Of a DNA stretch of 64,000 nucleotides, positions 19,025 to 28,008 are shown in pieces (the stretch's first letter is position 1; each line of letters opens with the position of its first letter). Position numbers and translations under genes: made by a program. The notes beneath the pieces were generated by a model. That model ran no database searches and was not told the origin of the DNA. It was given only the letters and a program-made list of their open reading frames with translations. Source of the stretch: a virus (Duplodnaviria; Heunggongvirae; Uroviricota; Caudoviricetes). The DNA lies in the IMG/VR virus record IMGVR_UViG_3300043399_000676. The stretch is one strand, 5' to 3'.

Positions 19025-20982
19025 GATTTGTAGATTTTGGATTATTGACAGAGATGACGTTGGGCGAAGCAAGCATGAAGCCGACCATTCTAGCACAAGC
19101 GGTCAAGTCAATTGATGCTATGGCAGGCATGGAATTTGAGATGATAGTTCCTGATGTTGAAGACACTGGTGACGATTTAGAACAAGATTACGATCCTGAT
19201 GAACGAGCTACCAGCTTTTCTCAAATAGAAGACTTTTTTGATGATGGAAATTATAACTCAAGAAGAGATGTCCAGTTACTCATCGAAAGCCTAGTAACTG
19301 ATTATTCTGATTGGTTTATGGAGCAACTGGACGAAAAATGGAATGAAGAGAAAGAGGATCTTTTAAGAGAACGTTTTGAAGGGGAAATGACTGAAGAAAT
19401 GGCTAATGACGCTGGATTTGATTCAGTTGATGAGGCTATAGATTCCATGATTGAACGAGCCATCAAAAAACAAGACCATAACTATCAAAACGTTTATGAT
19501 GAGTTTCTTGAAGATTATCAATCCCAATATTGGGAAGATTTTCAAAGGATTTGGTTGAGAGAAAATTATAGATACATGTCGGATGTGGAGAGAAGTTATA
19601 ATATAACTTGGCCTTATTGGATATCCAATAACGATGGAATAGGGACGGTAGCAGCAGAGTTTGAACAGGTTATAGGAAGACCTGTTACTCATGGCGACTA
19701 TCATTCAGGAGAACGTTCTCAAACAGATAACTATAGAGTTGAAAAAGATGGTAGTTTAGAACCCAGTAGCACGAATGATACTGGGTTGGAGTTCATTAGT
19801 CCTCCATTGCCGATTAGTGAAATGTTTGATGATCTAGAAAAAGTAATATCCTGGGCAAAAGATAAAGGATGCTACACTAGTCACAAAAACAACACCGGAC
19901 TGCACATGAATATTAGTGTTCAGGGGAAGGGAACACAAGACCTAGACTACGTTAAACTAGCGTTGTTCTTGGGTGACGAATATATACTGAAGGAGTTTGG
20001 CAGGGAAGCAAGTATTTACTGCGAAGCTGCTATGAAAAAAATCAAAAATATCATCATGACTCAGCCAAATAGAGCCAAAGAGGCACTAGCAAAAATGAAA
20101 GTCAATTTAGGATATAGAGCTAGTGCTATAATACATGAACGCTCTACTAGTAAGTATACTAGCATTAACGTAAAAAGCGGATATGTCGAGTTTAGAAGTC
20201 CAGGTGGTGATTGGTTAGAAGCAGACATAGGTAAACTAAAAGATACTCTCAGTAGATTTGTGGTAGCATTAGATATTGCCTCAGATCCCGACAAGTATAA
20301 AAATGAATATGGTAAAAAATTATACAATCTACTTAAGCCTACTGAATTTCAATATTACGACCCTGAAGATCCTGCTAATCTAAAGCAACCTACTAAGTTC
20401 GTAAGTACACCAGGTAAAGGTTTAAAACAAGTACCTGTTGTTGACGACAAACATATAAAAGACTACCTGTACTTAGTCAGTTTGTTTTCAAAGTTTACCG
20501 CCAATGAAATTACAGAAGATCAATTTAGAAGTGCAATTAAAGCAGTTCGACAGTCTTGGAGCATTGAAAAAATGAGGGGGTATGATCCGAATTCAAAATT
20601 TAACCTTATTTGGATCGTAACCGATGCTACCGGACGTTTTAGCATGGAATTACTGGCTAAATCAAAGGAAGACGCATTAAATAAAGCAGCAGAAGAATGG
20701 GGAGTGTTACCATCACATGAAATGATGCAAGGTGCTAAAGCGTTTATTAAACCGGCAGAGATCACGCCTGCATCAAGACAACCAGATGAGGATGCTCCAG
20801 TGCCCGAGGGATACACTAGGTTTAGAATATTTGCAGTAGATGATCCTGAAGAAACACAAGGAACTTTTGTGGCTAGGACGACAAGCATAAGCGACGCTCA
20901 AAGACAGTTTAAGAGTAGATTGGCTACTTGGGGATGGGATTCTAATCTTGATGATTTTGGGTATGAACCTGTTCGAAATTAA
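19021..20982 (+). CDS. putative amidoligase
   Basis: GMEFEM, EKDGSL, LEFISPP, TGLHMNIS, VEFRSPGG. Confidence 0.75.
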   Translation: MRFVDFGLLTEMTLGEASMKPTILAQAVKSIDAMAGMEFEMIVPDVEDTGDDLEQDYDPDERATSFSQIEDFFDDGNYNSRRDVQLLIESLVTDYSDWFMEQLDEKWNEEKEDLLRERFEGEMTEEMANDAGFDSVDEAIDSMIERAIKKQDHNYQNVYDEFLEDYQSQYWEDFQRIWLRENYRYMSDVERSYNITWPYWISNNDGIGTVAAEFEQVIGRPVTHGDYHSGERSQTDNYRVEKDGSLEPSSTNDTGLEFISPPLPISEMFDDLEKVISWAKDKGCYTSHKNNTGLHMNISVQGKGTQDLDYVKLALFLGDEYILKEFGREASIYCEAAMKKIKNIIMTQPNRAKEALAKMKVNLGYRASAIIHERSTSKYTSINVKSGYVEFRSPGGDWLEADIGKLKDTLSRFVVALDIASDPDKYKNEYGKKLYNLLKPTEFQYYDPEDPANLKQPTKFVSTPGKGLKQVPVVDDKHIKDYLYLVSLFSKFTANEITEDQFRSAIKAVRQSWSIEKMRGYDPNSKFNLIWIVTDATGRFSMELLAKSKEDALNKAAEEWGVLPSHEMMQGAKAFIKPAEITPASRQPDEDAPVPEGYTRFRIFAVDDPEETQGTFVARTTSISDAQRQFKSRLATWGWDSNLDDFGYEPVRN

Positions 20983-21000
20983 TAAATTAGGGAAAAGTAA

Positions 21001-23067
21001 ATGAGATTTACAGAATTTGGATTAATAACAGAGATGCTATTGAATGAGGTGAATATGTCACCTTCTGCTCTTAAAAAAATGGCAGCTTCAATCTCTGCTA
21101 AAGCTGGTATGGAATTTGAGATGATTGTTCCTGATGTATCGGTTAAAGAATATGATGACGATGATTTTGTGCCAGAGCCAGACTATGATTACGATCAGCG
21201 AGCACTTGATTTTGATTCAATTTTAAATTTTTTTTCGGGCGGTGAAGGGTATAATTCTCGTGATGAGATCAATCGTCTTGCATCTACATTCAATGATCAA
21301 TTTGATGATTGGATGAACAAAAAAGCAGATGATGCTTGGAGAAGTGACGAGGGAAGAGAGTTCTTTGATAACTGGGCAGATGATCAATTCGATGAAGAAA
21401 CTACAAGAGAAGATATAGAAGAACGAATCAGAGACAAATTGGGTGATGATGCTGACGAAGAAGAGATTGAAAATCTAATAATGGCAAAGCTAGCAGAAGA
21501 AAAAGAAGAATGGCTAGATAACGAATGGGATAACGAAAAGGGCTGGGTTTATCGAAATGCCAGAAAACAATTCATAGAAAACTGGCACGATGAGAATAAC
21601 CTAGACGAGAGTAATTTCCTTTCAGATCAAGGAATACGCTACATGACCGATGTTGTAGATCAGTACGATATAACCTGGCCTTATTATACATCAATGGAAG
21701 AAAGTGGGGGTAGCGGACAAAGTATGGGTTCTGTCGCAGTAGAGTTTGAAAAAATTATAGGAAGACCTGTTACTTATGGTGACTATCACTCAGGTGAATT
21801 TAGTCAAACAGATAACTATAGAGTTGAAAAGGATACTAGCCTTGAAGGAGATAGTGATAGCGATTCTGGTTTAGAATTCATTAGCCCACCTTTGCCTATA
21901 AATGAAATGTTTGATGATCTAGATAAAGTTATTGCATGGGCAAAAAGTAAAGGATGCTACACTGGTGATGACTATCACACTGGACTGCACATGAATATTA
22001 GTGTTCAGGGAAAGGGAACGAAAGACCTAGACTATGTTAAACTAGCATTATTTTTAGGTGATGAATATGTATTAGAAGAGTTTGGCAGAGAAGCTAATCG
22101 ATATTGTGAATCGGCTATGAAAATAATTAAAAAGGTTATTGTTAATAGACCTGACAAAGCCAAGACTGCCTTTGAACAAATGAGAACTAATTTAGGATAT
22201 AAAGCTAGTGCTATTATTCACAACAGAGCAACAAGCAAATATACTAGTATTAATGTTAAAGACGGGTATGTTGAGTTTAGAAGTCCAGGTGGTGATTGGC
22301 TTAATGCAGATATCAAGTTACTCAAGAACACTTTACTTCGTTTCGTAGTGGCACTAGATATTGCCTCAGACCCTGACAAATATAAAAATGAATATGGTAA
22401 AAAGTTATATAACCTACTTAAACCATCAGAATTTCAGTATTATGACCCAGAAGATCCGATAAATGCTAAGGGTCCCAAAAAGATGTTTGACGTTCCAGGT
22501 AAAGGAAGAAGACAATTAGTTTCGGTAGATCCTCCTGTGAAACAAGTACAATACCAACTCTTAGTTGAGCTGTTTTATAAGACGGTAACCGGTGAGATAT
22601 CTAAATCAGAGTTCCGAGAAAAATTAGCTAAAGTAAGGTCTATGTATTTTTCCAAGCAAAAACCAGGTACTGATGGCAAAAAGTACTGGTGGCGTGTGAC
22701 CAATCCTGCTAACAGTGCAGCCGGAATTGAAGTTGTTGCAGACAGTCAAGAAGCAGCTATTGCTAGAGCAGTGATGCCGGGGAACTATCCGGAATGGGCT
22801 GGGGTTCAAAGTGCTCTACAAGCTACCCCTGTTCGCCCATATGAGGAAGAAGGCAGATCACACCCAGCGGCCCAAAGATATGCACCAGATTCAGCATCCG
22901 GTAGCACTTTATACAAAGTCTACTCAATTGATAATCCAGAAACTATTCTAGCCGCATTTTATGCCAGAACAGGCGACATGGATGGTGCAAGAATGCAATT
23001 TAGGAATAAGTTGAGGGCTATGGGTATAGAAAGTCCCGCAGGTTATGGGTTTGCAGCAATCGACTAA
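21001..23067 (+). CDS. putative amidoligase (tandem duplicate)
   Basis: Same motifs; long near-identical DNA stretches shared with 19021-20982. Confidence 0.75.
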   Translation: MRFTEFGLITEMLLNEVNMSPSALKKMAASISAKAGMEFEMIVPDVSVKEYDDDDFVPEPDYDYDQRALDFDSILNFFSGGEGYNSRDEINRLASTFNDQFDDWMNKKADDAWRSDEGREFFDNWADDQFDEETTREDIEERIRDKLGDDADEEEIENLIMAKLAEEKEEWLDNEWDNEKGWVYRNARKQFIENWHDENNLDESNFLSDQGIRYMTDVVDQYDITWPYYTSMEESGGSGQSMGSVAVEFEKIIGRPVTYGDYHSGEFSQTDNYRVEKDTSLEGDSDSDSGLEFISPPLPINEMFDDLDKVIAWAKSKGCYTGDDYHTGLHMNISVQGKGTKDLDYVKLALFLGDEYVLEEFGREANRYCESAMKIIKKVIVNRPDKAKTAFEQMRTNLGYKASAIIHNRATSKYTSINVKDGYVEFRSPGGDWLNADIKLLKNTLLRFVVALDIASDPDKYKNEYGKKLYNLLKPSEFQYYDPEDPINAKGPKKMFDVPGKGRRQLVSVDPPVKQVQYQLLVELFYKTVTGEISKSEFREKLAKVRSMYFSKQKPGTDGKKYWWRVTNPANSAAGIEVVADSQEAAIARAVMPGNYPEWAGVQSALQATPVRPYEEEGRSHPAAQRYAPDSASGSTLYKVYSIDNPETILAAFYARTGDMDGARMQFRNKLRAMGIESPAGYGFAAID

Positions 23068-23094
23068 ACAACTTAATAAAAGGTAAACAAAATA

Positions 23095-23141
23095 TTGAAC
23101 TCCTGTACTGACTACTATATACTGTATTCTTTACAGGAGTT
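23095..23141 (+). promoter_or_regulatory. sigma70-type promoter inside an inverted repeat that covers the RBS
   Basis: TTGAAC-17-TATACT; AACTCCTGTA/TACAGGAGTT. Confidence 0.65.
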
Positions 23142-23144
23142 TTT

Positions 23145-23405
23145 ATGACTACAAGAACCTTTTCAGCGGATGCAAAAATCAAAATTACCCAGCTAATCAA
23201 CGAGGGTATCTCCACTCTTAGTGAAGTCGAGTCGCTACAAGGAGGACTCAACGACACTATCAAAGCAATAGCGGAAGAGCTAGAAATCAAACCCAGCATT
23301 CTCAAAAAAGCGGTTAGAATCGCTTACAAATCTGGGCTTACTCAAACTAATAAAGATAATGAAGAGCTAAACGAAATTCTAGAAATGGCAGGAAAGACTC
23401 TTTAA
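23145..23405 (+). CDS. small dsDNA-binding protein (T4 DsbA/GapR-like)
   Basis: IKAIAEELEIKPSILKKAVRIAYK helical pattern; precedes the DNA polymerase. Confidence 0.55.
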   Translation: MTTRTFSADAKIKITQLINEGISTLSEVESLQGGLNDTIKAIAEELEIKPSILKKAVRIAYKSGLTQTNKDNEELNEILEMAGKTL

Positions 23406-23406
23406 T

Positions 23407-26157
23407 ATGCCCTACGTGGATGCAATTTATGATCGTGATGCTGACAAGATTTATGTTGTCGAGCGGACGAGTAAAGGCCAAAGAGAATACAAAGAATATT
23501 CGCCAAACTGGACATTCTATTATACAGATCCTAGGGGTAAGCATCGTAGCATCTTTGGTGATCCATTAACTAAATTTACTGCAAGAAGCAGAGCAGAGTT
23601 TGAAAAAGAAAAACGGATTCATAACAACAAAAAGTTGTTTGAAAGTGACATCAATGTAGTGTTTCGTTGCCTAAGCGAAAACTACTTGAATCAAGATCCG
23701 CCTAAGCTACATACTGCGTTTTTTGATATTGAGGTTGGCTTTCACAAAGAGAAAGGGTTTAGTCCTACTTCTGATCCCTTTAATCCAATTACGGCTGTTT
23801 CAGTTTATTTGGATTGGCTTGATCAACTTGTAACTCTTGTAGTTAAACCATCTCACATGTCTATGGAGACAGCAGAGGAGATCACATCTGAGTTTGAAAA
23901 TACTTTGTTGGTCGATGAAAAGGCGCTGTTTGAAAGCTTTTTCCAACTCATTGAGGATGCTGATGTGCTTACTGGCTGGAACTCAGAGGGCTATGATATT
24001 CCCTACATGGTGAATCGTTGTACCCGAGTTTTAAGCAAAAATGACACTAGGAAATTTTGTCTTATGGATCAACTTCCTAAACCTCGTAAGTACGAAAGGT
24101 TTGGGAAAGAGGAAACTACCTTTGACCTAGTTGGTCGTGTTCATATGGACTACCTTCAATTGTATAAAAAGTACAACTATGAAGGGCGGCATAGTTACAG
24201 TCTAGATGCGATTGGTGAGTTAGAAGTTGGGGAAAACAAGGTTGCTTATGAAGGAACACTGGATCAATTGTATAACAAAGACTTCAAAAAGTTTATCGAG
24301 TACAATCGACAAGATACCATGCTTATGGTCAAGATTCATAATAAGCTAAAGTTTCTTGATTTGGCAAACAATCTTGCACATGAGAACACGGTTCTATTGC
24401 CTACGGTAATGGGATCAGTGGCAATGATCGAACAGGCTATCTTTAACGAAGCACATGAACGTGGATTAATTGTACCAGACAAAAGGAAAAAACATGCAGA
24501 AGACGAAACCCCGGCGGCAGGTGCCTATGTTGCTGTACCCAAAAGAGGTATGCATCAATGGATTGGAGCAGTCGACCTCAACTCGCTCTATCCCTCGGCT
24601 ATTAGAGCCCTCAACATGGCGCCAGAAACAATCATTGGACAAGTCCGACAAACCCTTACTGAAAAATACTTTCACGATAAAGGAATGAAACTAGCGTTGG
24701 AGAAGCGCAGCAATAAAAACAAGACAGAAGCTGATCTAGATGACGAAGACCTAGATCATGGTGCAATTTTATGGGAGGGCTTGTTCTCCTGCCTAGAATA
24801 TACCTCTATCATGAATCAAGAAGAAGGAACTATGCTTACTCTTGATTACGAAGATGGTAGAAGTGTAGAAATGAGCGCCGCAGATATTTGGAAACTAGTG
24901 TTTGCTAGTAACAAGAATTGGGTGTTGTCAGCTAACGGCACAATCTTTACTATGGAGAAAGAAGGCGTAATTCCTGGACTACTTTCTCGATGGTACTCTG
25001 ATCGTAAGAAGATGCAGAAGAGCCTCAAAGAAGCGACTACTAAAGAAGATCAAGAGTATTGGGATAAGCGACAGCTTGTTCGTAAGATTAACCTAAACTC
25101 TGCGTATGGTGCTCTTCTTAACGCACATTGTCGTTACTATGATAAACGTATTGGTCAGAGTGTTACACTTACAGGAAGAACTATTGTTAAACATCAGTGC
25201 TCATATCTTAATGAGTTAATCACGGGTGACTATAAACACGACGGTCCTGCTATTGTTTATGGTGATACTGACTCTACTTATTTCACAGCCTATACAACTT
25301 TGAAAGAGAGCATTGAAAATGGGGAAGTTAACTGGGACAAAGACACTATTGTAAAACTTTATGATTCTTTGGGTGAACAAGTAAATGATAGCTTCCCAGC
25401 TTTTATGGAACAGGCATTTCACGCACCTAGGTCCAAAGGAGCGATCATCAAGAGCGGAAGAGAGCTAATTGCCGACAGGGGAATCTTTATCACAAAGAAG
25501 AGATATGCAGTCAACATCTTTGATAAAGAAGGGGATCGGTTAGACCTCTATGATGAGGAAAAGGCTAAGAAGAAAGGTGTTATCTTTGGGATGGGAAAGA
25601 TCAAGGCAATGGGACTTGATCTTAAACGATCAGACACGCCTAAGCATGTACAGGACTTTTTGATGCACATTCTTATCAATGTTCTTCAGGGTAAGGGAAG
25701 AGAGCCAGTTATTGAACTAGTAAAGGAGTTCAAGTACTTGATATCTGAAATGGACCCCTGGACAAAGGGAAGTCCAAAGTCAGTTAACAACCTAACTAAG
25801 CATACTGAAACTTACGAGAAAACAGGTAAATGTAGAGTGGGACACGCATTGGCTGCTATCAACTGGAATTTACTGCGAGATATGCACAACGATAACTATA
25901 GTATGCGGATCGTTGATGGTATGCGTATCGTAGTCTGCAAGCTACGCCCCAATCTCATGAAAATTACAAGCATTGCTTATCCAACTGATGAATCAAGACT
26001 GCCCAAATGGTTCAAAGAACTTCCATTTGATGAAGACGCAATGGAGACAACTGTTATTGACAAGAAAATCGGTAACTTGTTGGGGGTGTTGAACTGGGAT
26101 TTGGCAGCAGCGACAAACATCAAATCGACGTTTAACGATCTTTTTGAACTGGCTTAA
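23407..26157 (+). CDS. family B DNA polymerase (T4 gp43-like)
   Basis: FFDIEV, GWNSEGYD, YNRQD exonuclease motifs; DLNSLYPS, KINLNSAYG, YGDTDS, KKRY. Confidence 0.97.
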   Translation: MPYVDAIYDRDADKIYVVERTSKGQREYKEYSPNWTFYYTDPRGKHRSIFGDPLTKFTARSRAEFEKEKRIHNNKKLFESDINVVFRCLSENYLNQDPPKLHTAFFDIEVGFHKEKGFSPTSDPFNPITAVSVYLDWLDQLVTLVVKPSHMSMETAEEITSEFENTLLVDEKALFESFFQLIEDADVLTGWNSEGYDIPYMVNRCTRVLSKNDTRKFCLMDQLPKPRKYERFGKEETTFDLVGRVHMDYLQLYKKYNYEGRHSYSLDAIGELEVGENKVAYEGTLDQLYNKDFKKFIEYNRQDTMLMVKIHNKLKFLDLANNLAHENTVLLPTVMGSVAMIEQAIFNEAHERGLIVPDKRKKHAEDETPAAGAYVAVPKRGMHQWIGAVDLNSLYPSAIRALNMAPETIIGQVRQTLTEKYFHDKGMKLALEKRSNKNKTEADLDDEDLDHGAILWEGLFSCLEYTSIMNQEEGTMLTLDYEDGRSVEMSAADIWKLVFASNKNWVLSANGTIFTMEKEGVIPGLLSRWYSDRKKMQKSLKEATTKEDQEYWDKRQLVRKINLNSAYGALLNAHCRYYDKRIGQSVTLTGRTIVKHQCSYLNELITGDYKHDGPAIVYGDTDSTYFTAYTTLKESIENGEVNWDKDTIVKLYDSLGEQVNDSFPAFMEQAFHAPRSKGAIIKSGRELIADRGIFITKKRYAVNIFDKEGDRLDLYDEEKAKKKGVIFGMGKIKAMGLDLKRSDTPKHVQDFLMHILINVLQGKGREPVIELVKEFKYLISEMDPWTKGSPKSVNNLTKHTETYEKTGKCRVGHALAAINWNLLRDMHNDNYSMRIVDGMRIVVCKLRPNLMKITSIAYPTDESRLPKWFKELPFDEDAMETTVIDKKIGNLLGVLNWDLAAATNIKSTFNDLFELA

Positions 26158-26163
26158 TACACT

Positions 26164-26215
26164 ATTGAACTACGCAATAAATTCCACTATAATGCGTAGT
26201 TCAATGCTTTAAATA
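26164..26215 (+). promoter_or_regulatory. sigma70-type promoter in a 13-bp inverted repeat, followed by TAAATA
   Basis: ATTGAACTACGCA..TGCGTAGTTCAAT; TTGAAC-17-TATAAT. Confidence 0.65.
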
Positions 26216-26233
26216 AACAACAAAGGAAAACAT

Positions 26234-26968
26234 ATGAGAGACATTCTACTAGACATCATTACCCACATCGATGGGTTAAAAGGAATCAATACGGTTAAGA
26301 TTACCGGAACTGAAACTGAAACAAAACTATTCACTAAAGACGAAGCAAGAAGTGTAATCATTAACGGAAAGTTCAAAACACCAAACGCTGATCTAACTGG
26401 TGTGTTTGGTATCCCTAACCTAAATAGACTTAAAACTATTATAGGATTTGATGAGTATGGCGAAGATGCAATCTTCGAAGTCAGAAAATCAAAAGAAGAC
26501 GATTCTGAACTTACTCCTACGTCATTTCACTTTGAGAGTCCTGCTGGTGATTTCGTGAACGACTTTAGACTAATGGGTACAGCCACAGTCGAATCACAAC
26601 TCAAAGAGCTTTCATTTAAGCTAAAGACATGGGATGTTGAGTTTAGTCCTAGCGTAGCTAGTATTCAACGATTGAAAAGACAGGCGCAAGCAAACAGCGA
26701 AGAAACCTCGTTCCGAATGACAACAGAGAACGGTGCTCTAAAAGTTATGTTTGGTGACGCTGCGACCACAAGTGGAAACTTCGTTTTTGAACCAAACGTT
26801 AAGGCAAAGGTATCCCCCACGTGGCACTGGCCAGTTGAACAAATTAACTTTATTTTGGGACTTGCAGGGGATAAGACATTCTATATCAACAACCAAGGTG
26901 CTTCTAGGATCATAGTTGATAGTGGTTTGATTGAATATGAATACATTGTTCCTGCACAGACAAAATGA
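26234..26968 (+). CDS. sliding clamp (gp45-like)
   Basis: 244 aa, adjacent to the polymerase; FGIPNL..L and C-terminal IEYEYIVPA pattern. Confidence 0.6.
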   Translation: MRDILLDIITHIDGLKGINTVKITGTETETKLFTKDEARSVIINGKFKTPNADLTGVFGIPNLNRLKTIIGFDEYGEDAIFEVRKSKEDDSELTPTSFHFESPAGDFVNDFRLMGTATVESQLKELSFKLKTWDVEFSPSVASIQRLKRQAQANSEETSFRMTTENGALKVMFGDAATTSGNFVFEPNVKAKVSPTWHWPVEQINFILGLAGDKTFYINNQGASRIIVDSGLIEYEYIVPAQTK

Positions 26969-27291
26969 TTAACATTACTAGTTACGATACTCCTATTGTT
27001 TATCAAACGGGAACAGGTAATCTTCCTTCCTTTTCTGGCGCTGTACAATGGAATGGTAATAGTAAGAAATTTCAAGTTAGTACAGGCTACGGGTGGCAGG
27101 ATATTGATAACAACGTCAATCTGTCAGCATCGCAGGACATGGTAAAGATAATCAACTGGGCGCAAGAAAAGATGCGGGAAGAGGAAGAGATTAAAAAACT
27201 TGCCCAGACCAATCCTTCCGTAGCTAGTATTATTGGTGAGATTGAAGAATCTAAGAAAAAACTTAAGGTATTAACAACATTAATAAAGTAA
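26965..27291 (+). CDS. hypothetical protein
   Basis: Coupled ORF (ATGA overlap). Confidence 0.6.
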   Translation: MINITSYDTPIVYQTGTGNLPSFSGAVQWNGNSKKFQVSTGYGWQDIDNNVNLSASQDMVKIINWAQEKMREEEEIKKLAQTNPSVASIIGEIEESKKKLKVLTTLIK

Positions 27292-27891
27292 TTGCCCAAC
27301 CCTGCAATGGTGAAGATTTATTCTACTAGAAGATAAGATTCTAGCACAACCCAAACAACAATATTTGGGTTGTGCTAGCAATGAATTTCTAATAGATGTT
27401 CTAGTGCTAGATGAGGGCGAGTGAGGGTTTAACTTTTTAGTTTTTTTCATGCGTTCAATTGCATCAACTGAATGCTTTTTGCCTTTGTTACTTTTACTAA
27501 TTTTGTCCTTTACATAGTTTGGCCTTTTTTTACCTTTTAATTTTTCACTAATCTGATCTCGGACAGACGATGATACAACCATCCCAGTCACACCTTCGCC
27601 GCCGTCAGTCTTATTTTGTAAAATTCCAGTGCCTATGTTTTTTCTACCGTACCAACGAATCATTCTACGCTCAAGTGCAAACGCTCCTAGCTCAGTTAGA
27701 CCTTGTTCGATTATTACTATGTACCTTTTATCTTTTGGTTTAAATTTTCTAGTTTCTTTAAACGCACGTCCATCTTTGCCTTTTCCTATATAATATGGGG
27801 TACCTTTTTTGGCAGTCGCAGAGTCTTTGGAACGCAAATATGCGTAAACATAAAAATCGTTGGGCGTAAAGTCGTTAGAGTAAATAGTCAT
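27280..27891 (-). mobile_element. free-standing GIY-YIG homing endonuclease with NUMOD3-like repeats
   Basis: [47 protein letters not shown]; likely start ATG 27891 after TAAGGA; opposite strand to its neighbours. Confidence 0.85.
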
Positions 27892-28008
27892 GCTGACATT
27901 CCTTATCAATGTTAGAGTAGTTGGGGATTCGCACTCCCGCGAACTACACTTCTATTTATGTTCCCGCAATAATTTTTAAATCATCCAACCTCATTTATAA
28001 TACAATAT

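Noticed and set aside
19021-23067. Diversity-generating retroelement behind the duplicated DNA
   Set aside because: Differences are not adenine-specific, both copies are full genes, and no reverse transcriptase is in the window
23407-26157. Intein or intron in the DNA polymerase
   Set aside because: The insert after motif A lacks intein terminal motifs and the ORF is continuous
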